Shown here: positions 10,631-24,760 of the stretch, one piece after another | Position numbering within the stretch: the stretch's first letter is position 1 | How the letters are laid out: the number at the start of each line of letters is the position of its first letter | The notes under the pieces: model-generated | Told to the model about the DNA's origin: nothing | What the model saw: the letters and a program-made list of their open reading frames with translations, nothing else | The model's database searches: none | Made by a program: the position numbers and the translations under genes | Assembly: GCF_009914755.1 (NCBI RefSeq) | Contig: NC_060929.1 | Reading direction: 5' to 3' (one strand) | Origin: the human T2T-CHM13v2.0 reference genome, Homo sapiens | Length of the DNA stretch: 64,000 nucleotides

Positions 10631-12514
10631 GCATGCATGCATGTATACAAGAATGCAAGTAGGAGTTGGGTTATTTTGAAGAAAGTTACCCTTTCTCCAT
10701 GTAAGAATTTAAAAGTTCCATATTTGTATTTGATATAATTTTTTTAAATTTTCCCTCTTCATAAGTAAGTTTCAACAATGCCAGGGCTGCAAACTACTAT
10801 TAAAGCCAATTATTCCATGTCTGATCAGTAGTGACTTAAAAGCGTCAAACGGTGGCAACCTAACTTCACCAAGGTAGGTTCTGTGAACTCAATCTTCCAT
10901 TTTCATTTTACCCTGATAAAGCCTGTTTCAGCTTTAGCCATCCTAGCTTCTGGGGATGAGCCAGTTGTAACTGACTGAAATTGATTGCTCATTGAGAAAT
11001 GAGGGCTAAGCAATGAAGATTGGAAATTTGAGCTGTAAGTTTCATCAGGTCAGACTTTCTGCAAAGCCTCCTCAGCCTAGGGAGCTAGGCTCATTGAACA
11101 GGGACTGGTATGGATGGATGGAGGACAATTTAAATTGAAGCTGCTTTTCTGTAGCCTTTGAAAAGCTGCTGATTCATTTACTAAACTAGGCCAGATCAAA
11201 AGTGAAGCTGAAGCAACTTTCTCAGATATTTGCTCTAGGAGAGGAATGAGAGCCTGACCTTCCATATATAAATATAGTGGATTGTAGGTTGTATCAACTC
11301 ATTGGGACTATACAAACTCTACTGACTGTCAGTGGCCCTGCCAGGAAGCCTAGAATACCCATTTCTTTCTTAATTTAAAGCTTCAAACATTTCCTTGAAG
11401 GGATGCTATTGTTATGGAGTTTGATAGACGATCTTCAAGTCCATGCCAGTACTTATATGTTAGATATTGCCATTCTTAATCTCTGAAAAAGAGACCATGG
11501 AACTCTAGACCATTCTCCAAGTTAAAGCCGGGCATAGGCTAATAAATTCATCCCAAGTCCTTTCAGTCCCAGACGTGGTTCTGCTGCTGTCCGTGGTACT
11601 GAACTGTGTCAGACAAAGAAGAAGCCTGGTCTCCCTGAGATGTTGCAGCTGATAGCAAGTTGGAAGTTAGTTATGTTTATTCTTTATGTGATTGTTATTT
11701 CAATATTTATTTACAAACATATATGAATCATCTCAACTGTTCAAATTAGAAGGGAACGAAAGGGAATTAGAAAGATACTTAGAGACCTAGAGGAAGAAAA
11801 GAAACCTGCCTAAAGTTAGCCATTTGGTGGCAGATCTGAGAAGAGAGAGAAACTTGATCTTAATTCTGTCACTAAGCAACTCTTACATTAAGCAAAAAAT
11901 GCCTTTTGTTAAAACGACAATTTTGTCATGATGTAACCATCTTCCTAATTATAGAATAAGCAGGTATGAGCGCTACACTCGTGAAAAATAAACCATTTTC
12001 TAGTCCTCAGTCATTCGCTTCATAGAAAGTTGGAGAACTGGATATGAATCATCTTTATTTACATCTGGTATGTCCAGAAACATGAGTAAGAAATAGTTGA
12101 GACTTATAACTCTGGAGCTGGCTAAATAAAAATTGGGATACATTCCATTGGAAATGTGGAGTTTGCTAAGCCAGTGCATGTCATATATGTAATTGTAGGA
12201 CTCTCCCTTCTCTAAATCTTCTTAGAGGACCTTCATACTAAACGAGAAGACTAGCCCAAATTAAAAAATAGAGAGATTTGTTGTTTTGTATTACCCACTT
12301 AAACAAGTCTCAGTGTTGCCTGGTGGATATCCGTGGTTAATTTCATTTAAGTAACTGATGGGACTGATATGAAATTAACGTATAATTAAAAATATAAGTG
12401 TCTTTTTCTAACTTACATGATAATGTTTGAAAAATAATTTTCTCTGAGGTTTCTTAAGCATTTCCCCTGAATATCTTAAAGTACTAATTTGTTTATAAAC
12501 TTTATACAGGAGGC

Positions 12515-12765
12515 ATTTTAGAATAGTGGTGTGACTGAAGTTACACTGAAGTCAGAATGATCATGTTCCACCAATTACCAGTTGTATGGCCTTAGGAAAT
12601 TTTATTAATATTGTGGAGCCTCAGTTTTCTCAGTAATAGAATGAACACAATAATATCAACTTGGTAGGATCATTGTATATTTAAATCAAGCAATGCACAT
12701 TTAGTCCTCAGTGCAGGTCCTCTCACATAGGTGCAAAATAGTGTTCAGTAAATACCAGTAATAAA
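12515..12765 (+). mobile_element. MIR SINE
   Basis: GAGCCTCAGTTTTCTCAGTAATAGAATG core and 3' arm. Confidence 0.75.
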
Positions 12766-13974
12766 TTAATTTATAAATATCAATATTGGACATTGCAAAT
12801 ATTGGCTCCCACTTTCAAACTATGACAAATTTTATATTAGCAGAAGATGACAATAGCTAAGTGAGCAAAAGATCCCATCACTGTAAGTATTGGTAATGAT
12901 GTGCCCAGTTAAACTTAGCCAATCCAAATCTGGACAATTTAAGGGAGAGACTGGATACTTATTTCCAACAATGTCCCCATGAATTGTGAATTATTTAAAA
13001 CCACCCACCTGAAAGGACATGAATCCCGTATTGACGTCATAATCCATTATTTTGATATATGGCTCCTTCCAAAGCTCTATTTCAATGTAATCTGTGTCCC
13101 AACAAGGCTGCAGGCTGGTCACACTTTTGCTCTATTGACTTGCCAAGCAGAATTATTTATTTGGCACCAGTAATGTGCTCTGTATTCTATGGCAGTTGGT
13201 GATAATAATAGCTTGGTTTCTTTTGGTGCATTTCCTTCAAGGAGTTGAGAGGACATTTGGATACACAGGGAAGGAGAAGTTGCCATATTGCTTCTCCTAA
13301 CTCATAGCATTAGGCCCCTTAAAAACCACTTTTGGATGATGATAATGTTGAATGTTTATATATATATATATATGATAAAATGACAGTGGCAGGGAAATGA
13401 AGAAGAGCAGAGGAAGAGAAAGGAAGGAAAACTGAGAAGAGGGGCAGCAAAAGACAAACAAGAAAAACATAATTTTATTGCTGTAGAAAGACAAGAACTA
13501 TCTTCAAATAATGCTATAGAGGACCTGAAGAGTCAAAGTAACTAAAACTGTATGTCACTTTTATTTCCCTTAGGGACCAAATTCTCTTCTGGCTTTCACA
13601 GATATCCATAGCTGGATTCACACCACCTATGTAACTTTCCCTCTTTGTTCCCAACCTTGCCTGAGCTAGACCACAAACTATCAGGTTCTAGAATTTCTGA
13701 CATAAGGAAAACTTGAACTAAAATAAACTCCAAAATAATTCATTAATCTCTGAGAATAAAGTCTCAGCATTGGAAGAGATGGGTGTGGGTGGCACCTTTC
13801 TTGTCACCTCCCAAAGCGGTAATCCTTTCCTCAAACAAGTAAGATAGCTGGTTCTCAAAAAACAATGGTTATGGAAACTCAATACCTTGCAATATAGGCC
13901 ATCCTGGTGTGAGAAGTAATGGCTGTAAGAAAGCATTCCTACTGTCAACTTGAAGTGTGCTTATATGCCTCTAA

Positions 13975-14210
13975 TGGCTAGTATTATGGAGGACATACTA
14001 GCCATTGTTCTGTGTGCTTAATGTGTATAGCTTCCAAGCCTCCCAATAGTTTTGAAAGATAGATATTATTACTCCCATATCTATAAACAGAAGAAAATAT
14101 GACTCAAGGAGGTTAAATGGCTCGTCTAAGCTCACATAGCTTGTAAGTTCTGGAGCTATACTCAAAGCCAAGACTGATTCTATAACCTTTTCTTTTTTCA
14201 CTTCTTAACT
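13975..14210 (-). mobile_element. MIR SINE
   Basis: TATTATTACTCCCAT...GAGGTTAAATGGCTCG...CACATAGCTTGTAAGT. Confidence 0.8.
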
Positions 14211-14254
14211 GATGGCATTCCCTTCCTTTTCAGCTGTCAAAACCTCACTTGCTT

Positions 14255-14420
14255 GACAAATAACTAATGCATGCGGGGCTTAAAACCTAGATGATGGCTG
14301 GTTGGGTGCAGCAAGGCACCATGGCATATGTATACCTGTGTAACAAACCTGCACATTCTGCACATGTATCTCAGAACTTAAAGTATAATTAAAACAAGAA
14401 GAAAAAAAACAAAGAACAAA
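14255..14420 (+). mobile_element. L1PA 3' tip with A-rich tail
   Basis: CTAATGCATGCGGGGCTTAAAACCTAGATGA...GAACTTAAAGTATAATTAAAA. Confidence 0.9.
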
Positions 14421-14669
14421 ATGTTACCTTAATTCCCAGTTCTTCTGTGAAATGCTCTTGGTCACCCCATCCTGGAGTGCTCATCTTTCTATTATGAGCC
14501 ATTTCCAGCAATTTAGTTCTGTAGAATTCTTATGGCAATTACTGTGTAAGATCATACATCAAGAAATCTCTCGTACTGGAACCTTAAATTTTATTTAAAT
14601 ATTTTTTAATTATTTAAAAATCATGAAATGCCAGAAACGGAAGGCACAAAAGAGGTGATAAAAATGACA

Positions 14670-15270
14670 ATACTTGGTAGTATTAAGTATTTACTATGAG
14701 CTATATATTACTCTAAGTGATTTACTTGCACTAATTCATTCAATGCAAATGAAGTATGGATTATGTATGGTATGCACATATGTTTCACCATTCTACAAAT
14801 GAGGAAATGGAAATACACAGAAATTAGTTAATTCTCTCATGGCCAAAAGCTACAGCTTCATAGTTACTCAAATCCACAAGGCTTTGAAGTGGAATTTTTT
14901 TTTGAGTGTGTTTGGCAGCAAAACCTGATCTGACCTAAACTGATTTTGTGGCAAAGCTTGTCCTAGCTTGACATCAGACTATTTATAATTATTTATCTCA
15001 TTTAATGTTAATATTCATATGTTTTACTGTAGAAATATTTATGTGTTTAATTATGGAGCACTGCTCCAGACCTTACTAGGGTTAGCAGTATGCTGTGTAA
15101 TATTTGGATATTAATTTCCTCACCCTGCCCTTGCACACCCCATCTCCAAATCCTGTATTTGGAAACACATCTAGCCCTAAAGGCTTTGGCAGAAAGCATT
15201 TAGATCTGTAGTTAGTGGTAAAAGAGTCACAGTTCAAATCAGGCTATTAGATGCTAGAGCCCAGATTCAA
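14670..15270 (-). mobile_element. MIR split by a Tigger-group non-autonomous DNA element (14851-15210)
   Basis: The MIR core (TTCTACAAATGAGGAAATGG) stops near 14850 and resumes at 15211. The insert is bounded by TACAG...CTGTA. Exact family of the insert is uncertain. Confidence 0.6.
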
Positions 15271-15291
15271 GAAAACTATACTAACTTTTCT

Positions 15292-15571
15292 TTTTTTAAA
15301 ATTTTTTAAAAAAATTTCATTTTAAGTTCTGGGGTAAAGTGCAGGATTTGTTAATAGGTAAACATGTGCCATAGTGGTTTGCTGCACCTATCAACCCATC
15401 ACCTAGGTATTAGGCCTAGCATTCATTAGCTATTTTTCCTGATGCTCTCCCTCCCACCACCCGCTTACCCTGTGACAGGCCTCAGTGTGTGGTGTTCCCC
15501 GCCGTGTGTCTGTGTGTTCTCATTGTCCAGCTCCCACTTATAAGTGAGAACATGCGGTGTTTGGTTTTCTG
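15292..15571 (-). mobile_element. L1PA 3' tip with 15-bp TSD
   Basis: Antisense L1 3'UTR. TSD TATACTAACTTTTCT (15277-15291) and TATACTAGCATTTCT (15572-15586). Confidence 0.9.
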
Positions 15572-16087
15572 TATACTAGCATTTCTAATACTTCTGTTTA
15601 TAATGTAACAAAACTTAGGAGCAGTGATCAATAACAAATAGATGGTAAAATATATATTTTTAATATTTTCATGACTTTTAAAATAGGACACTTTTCCTGT
15701 GTCCATGCCCGGTCTCTCAGTTGAACCCTTAGCTCTTTGGGGGCAGAGGCAATGCTTGAGGCATTTTGCTCCTGGCCCCACTACAGCACAGTGGTCAAGA
15801 GAACCCAAGCTTTGGGGTCACAGGGTCTGTGTTTGAGTTGCAGTCCACTGCTTACTGGCTCCGTGGCTGTGAGCCATCTCCTTTAGCATCAAAACAGAGA
15901 AGACAACACCAAAGGGACTTCAGGAGATCATGGATATGTAGTACAGAGCAAAGATGAAAAGAATGACATTTTTTTCTTCATAATAAAGTTTTGATGATTT
16001 GCATTTAACCTAACAGGCTTTGGTATTTCCTTTCCTTGTATTCTCATGGTGAGAGCAGAAACAACCGCTGTGCCATGATCTCTGTGA

Positions 16088-16446
<359 letters not shown>

Positions 16447-16710
16447 AGTTTTTTTTTTTTTTTTTTTCCCAGGCGGCTACTTGTGAATCCAATGTGATGA
16501 GGCAAACATTGCAGTGAAAAAGATTAATCTTCCATTCCAAGAAGCATGAGGTATTTAGATCTTAACTTGAGAAAAACTATTTTTGGGCTGTATAGGTAGA
16601 GAAAATCCTTACAGATAAGGCATTCATAGATATTTCACAGAGAATTAATATTCAGCCATTGATGAGCTTCATCATTAACCAGTTATATTCAAAAAAGAAA
16701 TGATATTCAT

Positions 16711-17057
<347 letters not shown>

Positions 17058-17179
17058 TCAAAATCGATTTACACTGACCATCGGCTGTACTAAAGCACCT
17101 TTTGTTTTTCATTAGATAAAATATACTAGATATAAACCAAGGTTTTAGGTTAACTCAATGGGTGAAACAAGTTAGAAGG

Positions 17180-17712
17180 TTATGTGCATTAGAATCACCA
17201 AAGAAGCTTTTTAAAACGTAAATCCTTGGCCCTACCCCCAGAGATTCCAGATTCAGAAGCTGTGCTAGGACTTGGGCATTCATTTTTTAAAAAAATACAT
17301 TTTAATGGGCATATTTGAGGTTTACAACATGATATATGGGATACATATAGATATTAAAATGATCAATATAGTGAAGCAAATTAACGTATTTATCATCTCA
17401 CATACTTTTTTTTTGACAAGAGCAGCTAGAATCAACTTTTTAAAACAAAAATCCCTAATTCAATACAATATTATTAATATAGTCCTCATGTTGTACCTTA
17501 GGTCTCTAGACTGGTTCATCCTACATATCTGCTAGTTTGTATCCTTTGACTTACATCTCCCCATTTCCTCCCCACTCCACCTCTGATAACTATTGTTTTA
17601 TTCTCTATTTCTGTGCATTTGACCTCTTGTTTTAAGAATCCAGATCTAAGTGAGATTTTTAAAAAACATTCCCAGGTGGTTTTGATATAAAACCTGGTTT
17701 CAAACAACTTCT
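17180..17712. mobile_element. MER5-type hAT MITE split by an antisense L1MA 3' tip (~17295-17655)
   Basis: TGCATTAGAATCACC...CCCCAGAGATTC...TTTTTAAAAAA, then L1MA sequence, then TTTTTAAAAAACATTCCCAGGTGGTT. The repeated TTTTTAAAAAA acts as the TSD. Confidence 0.75.
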
Positions 17713-18029
17713 TTAAGCTAAATGTTGATCTAGGAATGGAAGCTCAATTATTACTTATTAATGTGTTATAATGCCTCACTAAACCAGGCTTCTCATTTGC
17801 AAAATGGGAGCTCACTTAGCCTCTCTCGATATGTTTTCTTCTGTGTTGCTGTTTAATGATTTTATTTCTGAAAACATCACAATTATAATATATGGCTCTA
17901 GACTGCTAATAAGAATAGTTTCTTGTTTTTAAATTTTTTTTGCCAAGATAGGCATTGTGCTATAACACAAGACATAACAAACTATGGGTAATTAATCTTA
18001 ATAAGTACAGCAGCAGTGGAGAGAGCCCT

Positions 18030-19168
18030 GGTTTTTAAATTTTATTATTATTATGGTAAAAAAAAACCCCACATAACGTGAGATCTGCACTCTGAACACA
18101 TTTTTACATGAACAGTACAGTGTTGTTATTACTAACCACAAATGTATTTTTAACTAAGCACAATGTTGTATAGAGCATCTCTAGATAATTTTTTTATCTT
18201 ATGTGACAAATTTTATTCTCACTGAGCAGCAACTCTTCATTTCCCCTTCCCTCTCAGCCCCTGGCAATCACCATTATGCTTTCTGCTTCAATGAGTTTGG
18301 CTACTTGAAAGTCCTCATATAAGTGGAATGACGCAGTGTTTGTTCTTCTGTGATTGGCTTATTTCACTTAGCATTGCGTCCTCAAAGTGCATTTGTATTG
18401 TATCATAGGATAGGAGTTCCTTTTTTATGGCTGAATAATATTTCATTGTATATATGTATTATATATACAATATATAACATATATTATATATTATACACAT
18501 ATATAATATGTAATATATAGATATAGCTCACATTTTCTTTATCCATTCATTTATCGATTGACATTTAAGTTGTCTTCACCTATTCATTATTGTAAATAAC
18601 ACTACATTGAATGTGGGAGTACAATTATCTTTCAAAATCCTGTTTTCAATTTGTTTTGGATAAGTATGTAGAAATAGAATTGCTGGATCATATGATAGCT
18701 CCATTTTTAATTTTTAAAGAAACATCTATACTATTTTCAGTAGACTGTACTATTTTACATTTCTACCAACAGGGCACAGGGGTTTCAATTTCTATACATT
18801 CTTGCTACCACTTTTTTTGTTGTTGTTGTTTTTAATTGATTAATTTTAAAAATAATGACCATCCTAATAAGTATGAGGTGATATCTCTTTGTGGTTTTGA
18901 GTTTCATTTTCCTGATAATTAGTGATGTTGAACACATTTTCACATATGTGTTGGTCATTTTTGTGTTCTTTGGAGAAATATCTATTTAAATCCTTTGCCC
19001 ATTAAAAAAAATTGAGTCGTTTGGGCTCTTTTTTTGTTTTGTTTTTTTGTTTTTTTCTTTTTTTGCTATTGAGTTATAGGGAGTTTCCTATATGTTTTGG
19101 AGATTAATTCCTTATCAGATAGATGGTTTGCAAATAGTTTCTCTCCTACTATAGGATAGGTTGCCTTT
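18030..19168 (-). mobile_element. L1MA9/L1MB1-like 3' end containing a (TA)-rich microsatellite (18447-18525)
   Basis: CCCCTGGCAATCACCATT, ATTTCACTTAGCAT, GAATTGCTGGATCATATG, GGAGAAATATCTATT. Confidence 0.88.
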
Positions 19169-19785
19169 GAAAGAACTTTGCTTTTTGAAACAAAAAAAAA
19201 CTTAGATTATTTTATTCCTTATTTCTCTGAAACCTTGTGGTTAGTAGTGAATTTCTTAACCTTCATTAGCTTAGTCTTCATATCTGCCAAATTGAATAAT
19301 GGAACCATTCTTAACTAATTCATTACGTTGTAAATACCAAATAACTTAATATTTATTAAAATGCTCTGTACCATTCACTTAAATTATTGACATTTTACAG
19401 ACCATTACCACAGTTCAACTCATGTATAATGTGGGTGTATAGAGAGCTTGTTTCTCTTAGATTTCTCCATGCCAAAAGTCATAGAGAAGATCTTTTTGCA
19501 ATCTCTATTAATTAGATGGTAGGGCATATGCTTTTATGTGACTTTGAAAATGCCTGACCATCCATTTCTCTAACTATGTATCCACCCACCCAGTTAAGAA
19601 TAATTCATGTATGGTAATTATAATAATCATAATAATAATTAGAATTAGAATTTAAAATAATTATTATAATTACAATAATACCTTGTATTTGCATGGTGTG
19701 TTACTGTTTACAAAGCACTTTGGCATACATTCTTATCATAGCAGTCCTGAGAGAATGGTTTACCTCTATTATATGGCTCTTTCTT

Positions 19786-20195
<410 letters not shown>

Positions 20196-21074
20196 TAATA
20201 TCTCTTTAACACATATAGCACAAAATTTGTATTCTCATATTAATATCAAATTAGTTAAAGGAAGTGGTTTTATCCTTTTTTTTCTTAGGTATACCCAAGG
20301 TCCAGACGAAGTCCATGACTTGATTAAGATTAAATAGAATTTTCATTGCAAGACTTGATCTCAAGTCTGAGCTTTCTGATTGAGTCCATCTCTCTAGACT
20401 CTGAACCTATGTGCCCCAGTGAACCACAGTATCCTCATCCTCATAGGCATCTCTGCTTGCCTCATCCCAGAAAGTTACCATCATTGATTCCTGGCCACCT
20501 CCTCCTCTGCAGTGCCGTGGATGAAAATAACCATGTCGCTCTTATCCACATCCTAACCCCATTCTGTCATTTCTGCCTGCATGCTGGTGAAATATGCTTT
20601 TGGCTGGGAGAAGAAAATTTGCAAGCTGCCAACCCAGAGATGGCCCTGACAGAATGGTACATTTGACCAGGTTCTGGGAGGAGAAATTGTTCTCTGGTGA
20701 GGGCTGTGTTCCAGTGGTCTCTGTGTTGGGAAAAGTCACCCCGTTTTCTCTGCCAGTTTCCCTAAATTCATTTCATAATGGGCTCTATATGAACATACAA
20801 TATTTATATATACTCACAGATGTAAGACTCATAGTGTAACGAAGACACATTGGAGTTCATGAGTACAGCCTTGCCATTTTACAAATAGGCAAACTGAGGC
20901 CTAACAAGTTGGAAGGAACTAGCCCAGTAAAATTGTCATGCATGTGATGCAGTGGTAGGGCCAGCTCAGAACTCAGGAAAACCTTGCCTCACTCTGCATA
21001 GAAAAGACATGACCACCAAACATTTTCATAACCACTTATCTTTCTCATCCATTGCACTTATGCAAAAGGAAACT

Positions 21075-21240
21075 GCATAAGTATTTATTTGTATTTTGTT
21101 TATTGTCTTCTCCACTGGACTGGGAACTCCTTGGAAGGAAAGGAACTGAATCTGTCTTGTTCAGTGTTTAGCATGATGCCTAGCATACTGAGAGTTCTCA
21201 ATAAATATTTGTTGACTGAATGAACAAATAAATGAATATA
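21075..21240 (+). mobile_element. L2 3' end
   Basis: CCACTGGACTGGGAACTCCTTGG...CTCAATAAATATTTGTTGACTGAATGAA. Confidence 0.85.
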
Positions 21241-22739
21241 TTAATGGAAAATTAATAAACAAGCCTGGAATAGGACCTGAATTTTAGGATTCCAGAGTGG
21301 TAGTACTCCCTTGGAGCAATCTGTCCCTCCATATTTTAGATTTTGTGACATTTTATATTTAATGGCATGACTGGATTTTTCATTCATTTTGTGAGCAAAG
21401 GCAAAAGGTCCCTTGCTTTTAGAATGACAAATACAACGTGATTTAAAATTATATGGTATATTCAAAACTGGAACAAGACCATGAATTAGTGCAAAGCTGG
21501 CTACAGCCTCTGATAGCACAGCTGACTGACCTAGGGAGGGTGATTTTTCCCAGGGCTGTTTTTTTCCCTCTCAATTCCCCATCCCCACCTCCATCCTATC
21601 TTCTCCCTTCCATCCCTTTCTGTCCACTCCATTCCACTCCTCCCTCACCCCATTAGACAGACCCTTGGCCAATTTTTCATGCAAAGGGAAGGAAGAACTA
21701 ATTTCCAGAGCTTGGCTGCACTCTTAGTCACTGGGGGACACTTGGGTATCAGAGCTAATGTTTGTCCAGCTGCTCAGGTCAGCTGAGTCCTCTTTAGCAC
21801 AAACAGTCTCTCTCCTCCGTCTGCCTTTATTCCCAGATGTTTGTGATCAAAGGCAGCCCCATAGCCTTGTGGTCCTCTTCTTCTGTTTGGTCACTCCTAG
21901 GTCACCGCATCGGAAACAGGAGGATCACCCTGCTGCATTATTTAGTCTAGGTGGGCTTCCTGGAGTAGCAGGCCTTAGAGGTGTTACTCGCTCTATAAGG
22001 GACTGCCTGACCATCAACCACACTTTGTCTTTTCACCCTCTTGCCTGACCATTGGCCAATGTTTTCCTCTGTCTGGTCTAGATTCTTATTTCTCTAGACT
22101 ATTTGTCTGCACTACTCCTTACCTGAAAGAGTGCTATCTTAATTTGTTTTGAGATTTGAAAATTCATCAGTATCAACCTGCTATGATGCCTATTTCTGAC
22201 CTAAATGTGCTAAACCTAAGGGATCTTAGGCTTTACCTCCCTCATTATACTAAAGGTAACACTGAGGTCCAGAAAGAAAAAATGACTTTTTCAAGTCCTC
22301 ATGGCAAGTTTTTCTCTCATTATTTCAATTAGTGATTTTTGAAGCCAGCCATGAAAGTAACAAATTGTTAGTAACAGAAAGGTATTTCAAAAGGTGGATA
22401 CAAAATCCCTGGGAAGCTTTCTAATCTAGTGCCTTTCCATTGGCCTGATAGGGCCCAGGACTGTGTACTTTAAATCCTTCCTCCTAATGACTCTATTGTA
22501 GATTTTCTGAGAGCCACACTTGCATTAGTATGGACCATGAGGGCACCCTGATTGGTAAAGCAAGTATGGCCAGGCAGATAAATGACTATTAAGATTGCTC
22601 TGGATAATTAAAGAAGAGGTAGACACAGGGAGAGTGAAGAAGGTGATCATAGTGGTGGTGGAGGTGGAAAAGGATGAATGAGTGGTACATTTTAAGCAGT
22701 GTTCTTAATTGCAAGCAAAAGAAACCAGCTCAGGCTGCC

Positions 22740-23156
22740 TGTATTAGTTTCCTAGGGGTAAAAAACCATAGACTGGGGTGGCCTATACAACAGAAGCTTA
22801 TTTTCATAGTTCTGGAGGCTGGAAGTGCAAGATCAAGGTGTTGGCAGAATTGATTTCATTCTGCAGCAGTGTTCCTTGGCTTGCAGAGGTGGCTGCCTCC
22901 TTGCTGTGTCCTCACCTGATCTTTCCTCTGTGCAGTGTGTGCCCCGGTGTGTCTTTGCGTGTTCAAACTTCCCCCTCTTATAAGGACACCAGTCAGATTG
23001 GATTAGGGTCCTCACTAATGACCTCATTTTAATTTAATCACCCCTTTAAAAAACTTATCTCCAAATATAGTTACATTCTGGGATACTGGGTTTAGAACTT
23101 CAACATATGAATTTGGCAGGGATAGGGAGCCAGGGGAACAGAATTCATCCCATAGC
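22740..23156 (-). mobile_element. MLT1A/B-type MaLR solo LTR
   Basis: TGTATTAGTTTCCTAGGG...GTTCTGGAGGCTGGAAG...CTTATAAGGACACCAGTCAGATTGGATTAGGG. Confidence 0.88.
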
Positions 23157-23344
23157 CCTGTCCTAAGCTCACAGAGTTGATATGAGGCTCTTAGACCAGG
23201 CTTAGTAATGGGAGAAATCCATGTGGTAGAAGTGGAGAGGATGAGGAAAGCAACATTAGAGAGGAAAACAGTCTAGCCTGGTGAATTTAAGGTTTTGACA
23301 CTCTACCTCTCCTTCCTGGAGTGATAGGCATATTTCAGCTCTGT

Positions 23345-24760
23345 TGTGTTTCAATGAAATGAAATAGAGTTAAATGTAAGGCTCTCATTGAAGTTCAAAA
23401 AAATCAACTGCACAAATGCAGGTTGAAAATATGAAGGCATATTGAATTACTGAGAATAAAATATAGGGTATGGAGAAATCTAGATTTAAAGCCCTGCTTC
23501 AACTTCTTGACAGAGATGCAGATAAATGGAATGCTGACAGAAGAAAGCAGAAAGCAACCAAAAATGTTGAATTATTATGTAATAGTGGGCACTTAAATGT
23601 ACCAACTTTGTGCCAGGTACTGTTCTAAGTGTTTCATATATATTAACTTATTTAATCCTTATAACTGCTCTATGAGGTAAGCACTGCTATTGTATTTATT
23701 GTTCAGGTGAGGAATCTGGTACAAAGAGGTTAAAGTAACTTTCCCAGGACCGTCTAGCTGGTCCTTTGTACCAGATGAGGAATCTGGTACAAAGAGATTA
23801 AAGTAACTTTCCCAGGGCCACCTAGCAGAACTGGGAGTTGAACCCAGCCAGTCTGCCTCTAGAGTTCTGTACTATGCTGAAGGATTGAAAAAACTGGACA
23901 TGTTGATAGAATGGTCAGTTTTCAGATATGTTTTAAGTTACCATATGGAAACATATTGTGTTTATTTTGTGTGAGCCATCAGAGTAGATCTAGAATCAAT
24001 GGCTAGGGAGATATATCATTAATAAGCAGTTTTCAGCTCAGTATTATAAAGAATTTTAAAATAGTTCAGCAGGGAATTGAGCTACTGTGCAAGCATGGTT
24101 GGTCGCCTATATATAAAATAGCTGTTTTCCATTCCTCTTTGCTTATAAAACTATTCTTTGTTCAGAGAGCAGTGGATCCGTCTCCAAGGCATGATTTTCA
24201 ATTGGCCAAGGCGACTTGCAGCAATCCTCTGCTCGTCTGTGAATGATTGGTGGAGGGATGAGCATACAATCTTGTTCTGACCAGTGAGGTACTGGGGGAA
24301 GTTTCCTGGAGTTTGGGGATGGTTTTCTACTTTTACTAAAAGGGGAAGATATGAGGAAAAGCCCCCTGTGTGCATCAATTTTCATCTTGCTTTTGATAGT
24401 ATATATGGGACAAAGATACTTGATCCAATGAGGAAAACCATCACCGATTTCCAACAAGGTAGAAAGGACCTTGGTCCTTGGTGACTCTTTTGAGCCCCTA
24501 ACCAACTCAGGTGTCACTTCCCTGTAGGCTTGTTGTTAACTGAGAAGTTTGAAAAGTTTGCCTAAATATACTGTTACTTGGGGCTTAAATCATCCTGTTA
24601 CAAGTAGCTTGGGAGGTAATGAGTTCAACGTCCTTGGAGATGTACAAACAGAGCATAGAGGTCCACTTATAGGAATGTTGTGGCAAGGGCTCAGGCTTTT
24701 TTTGAAGTTTTTACTAGAGGGCAATTAAGGTCACTGCTAGTCCTGATATTATGATTACCT
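23345..24760 (+). mobile_element. L3/CR1 LINE remnant interrupted by a MIR (23580-23875) and an old MLT1 LTR (~24090-24600)
   Basis: AAATCAACTGCACAAATGCAGG, TTTCAGCTCAGTAT..AAGAATTTT, GGGAGGTAATGAGTTC..GTCCTTGGAGATG are CR1-like blocks. Confidence 0.6.
23704..23826. repeat. 55-bp direct duplication inside a MIR, with a 13-nt inverted junction insert
   Basis: Copies at 23704-23758 and 23772-23826 differ at 5 positions; spacer TGGTCCTTTGTAC. Confidence 0.9.

Noticed and set aside
22110-22135. Minus-strand CAG|GTAAG recursive-splice-like motifs (also near 45675-45685)
   Set aside because: Pyrimidine tracts are short, such motifs are expected by chance, and host strand is unknown.
23704-23826. 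Repeat-spacer-repeat resembling a CRISPR unit
   Set aside because: Only two copies, MIR-derived, in a mammalian genome with no cas genes.
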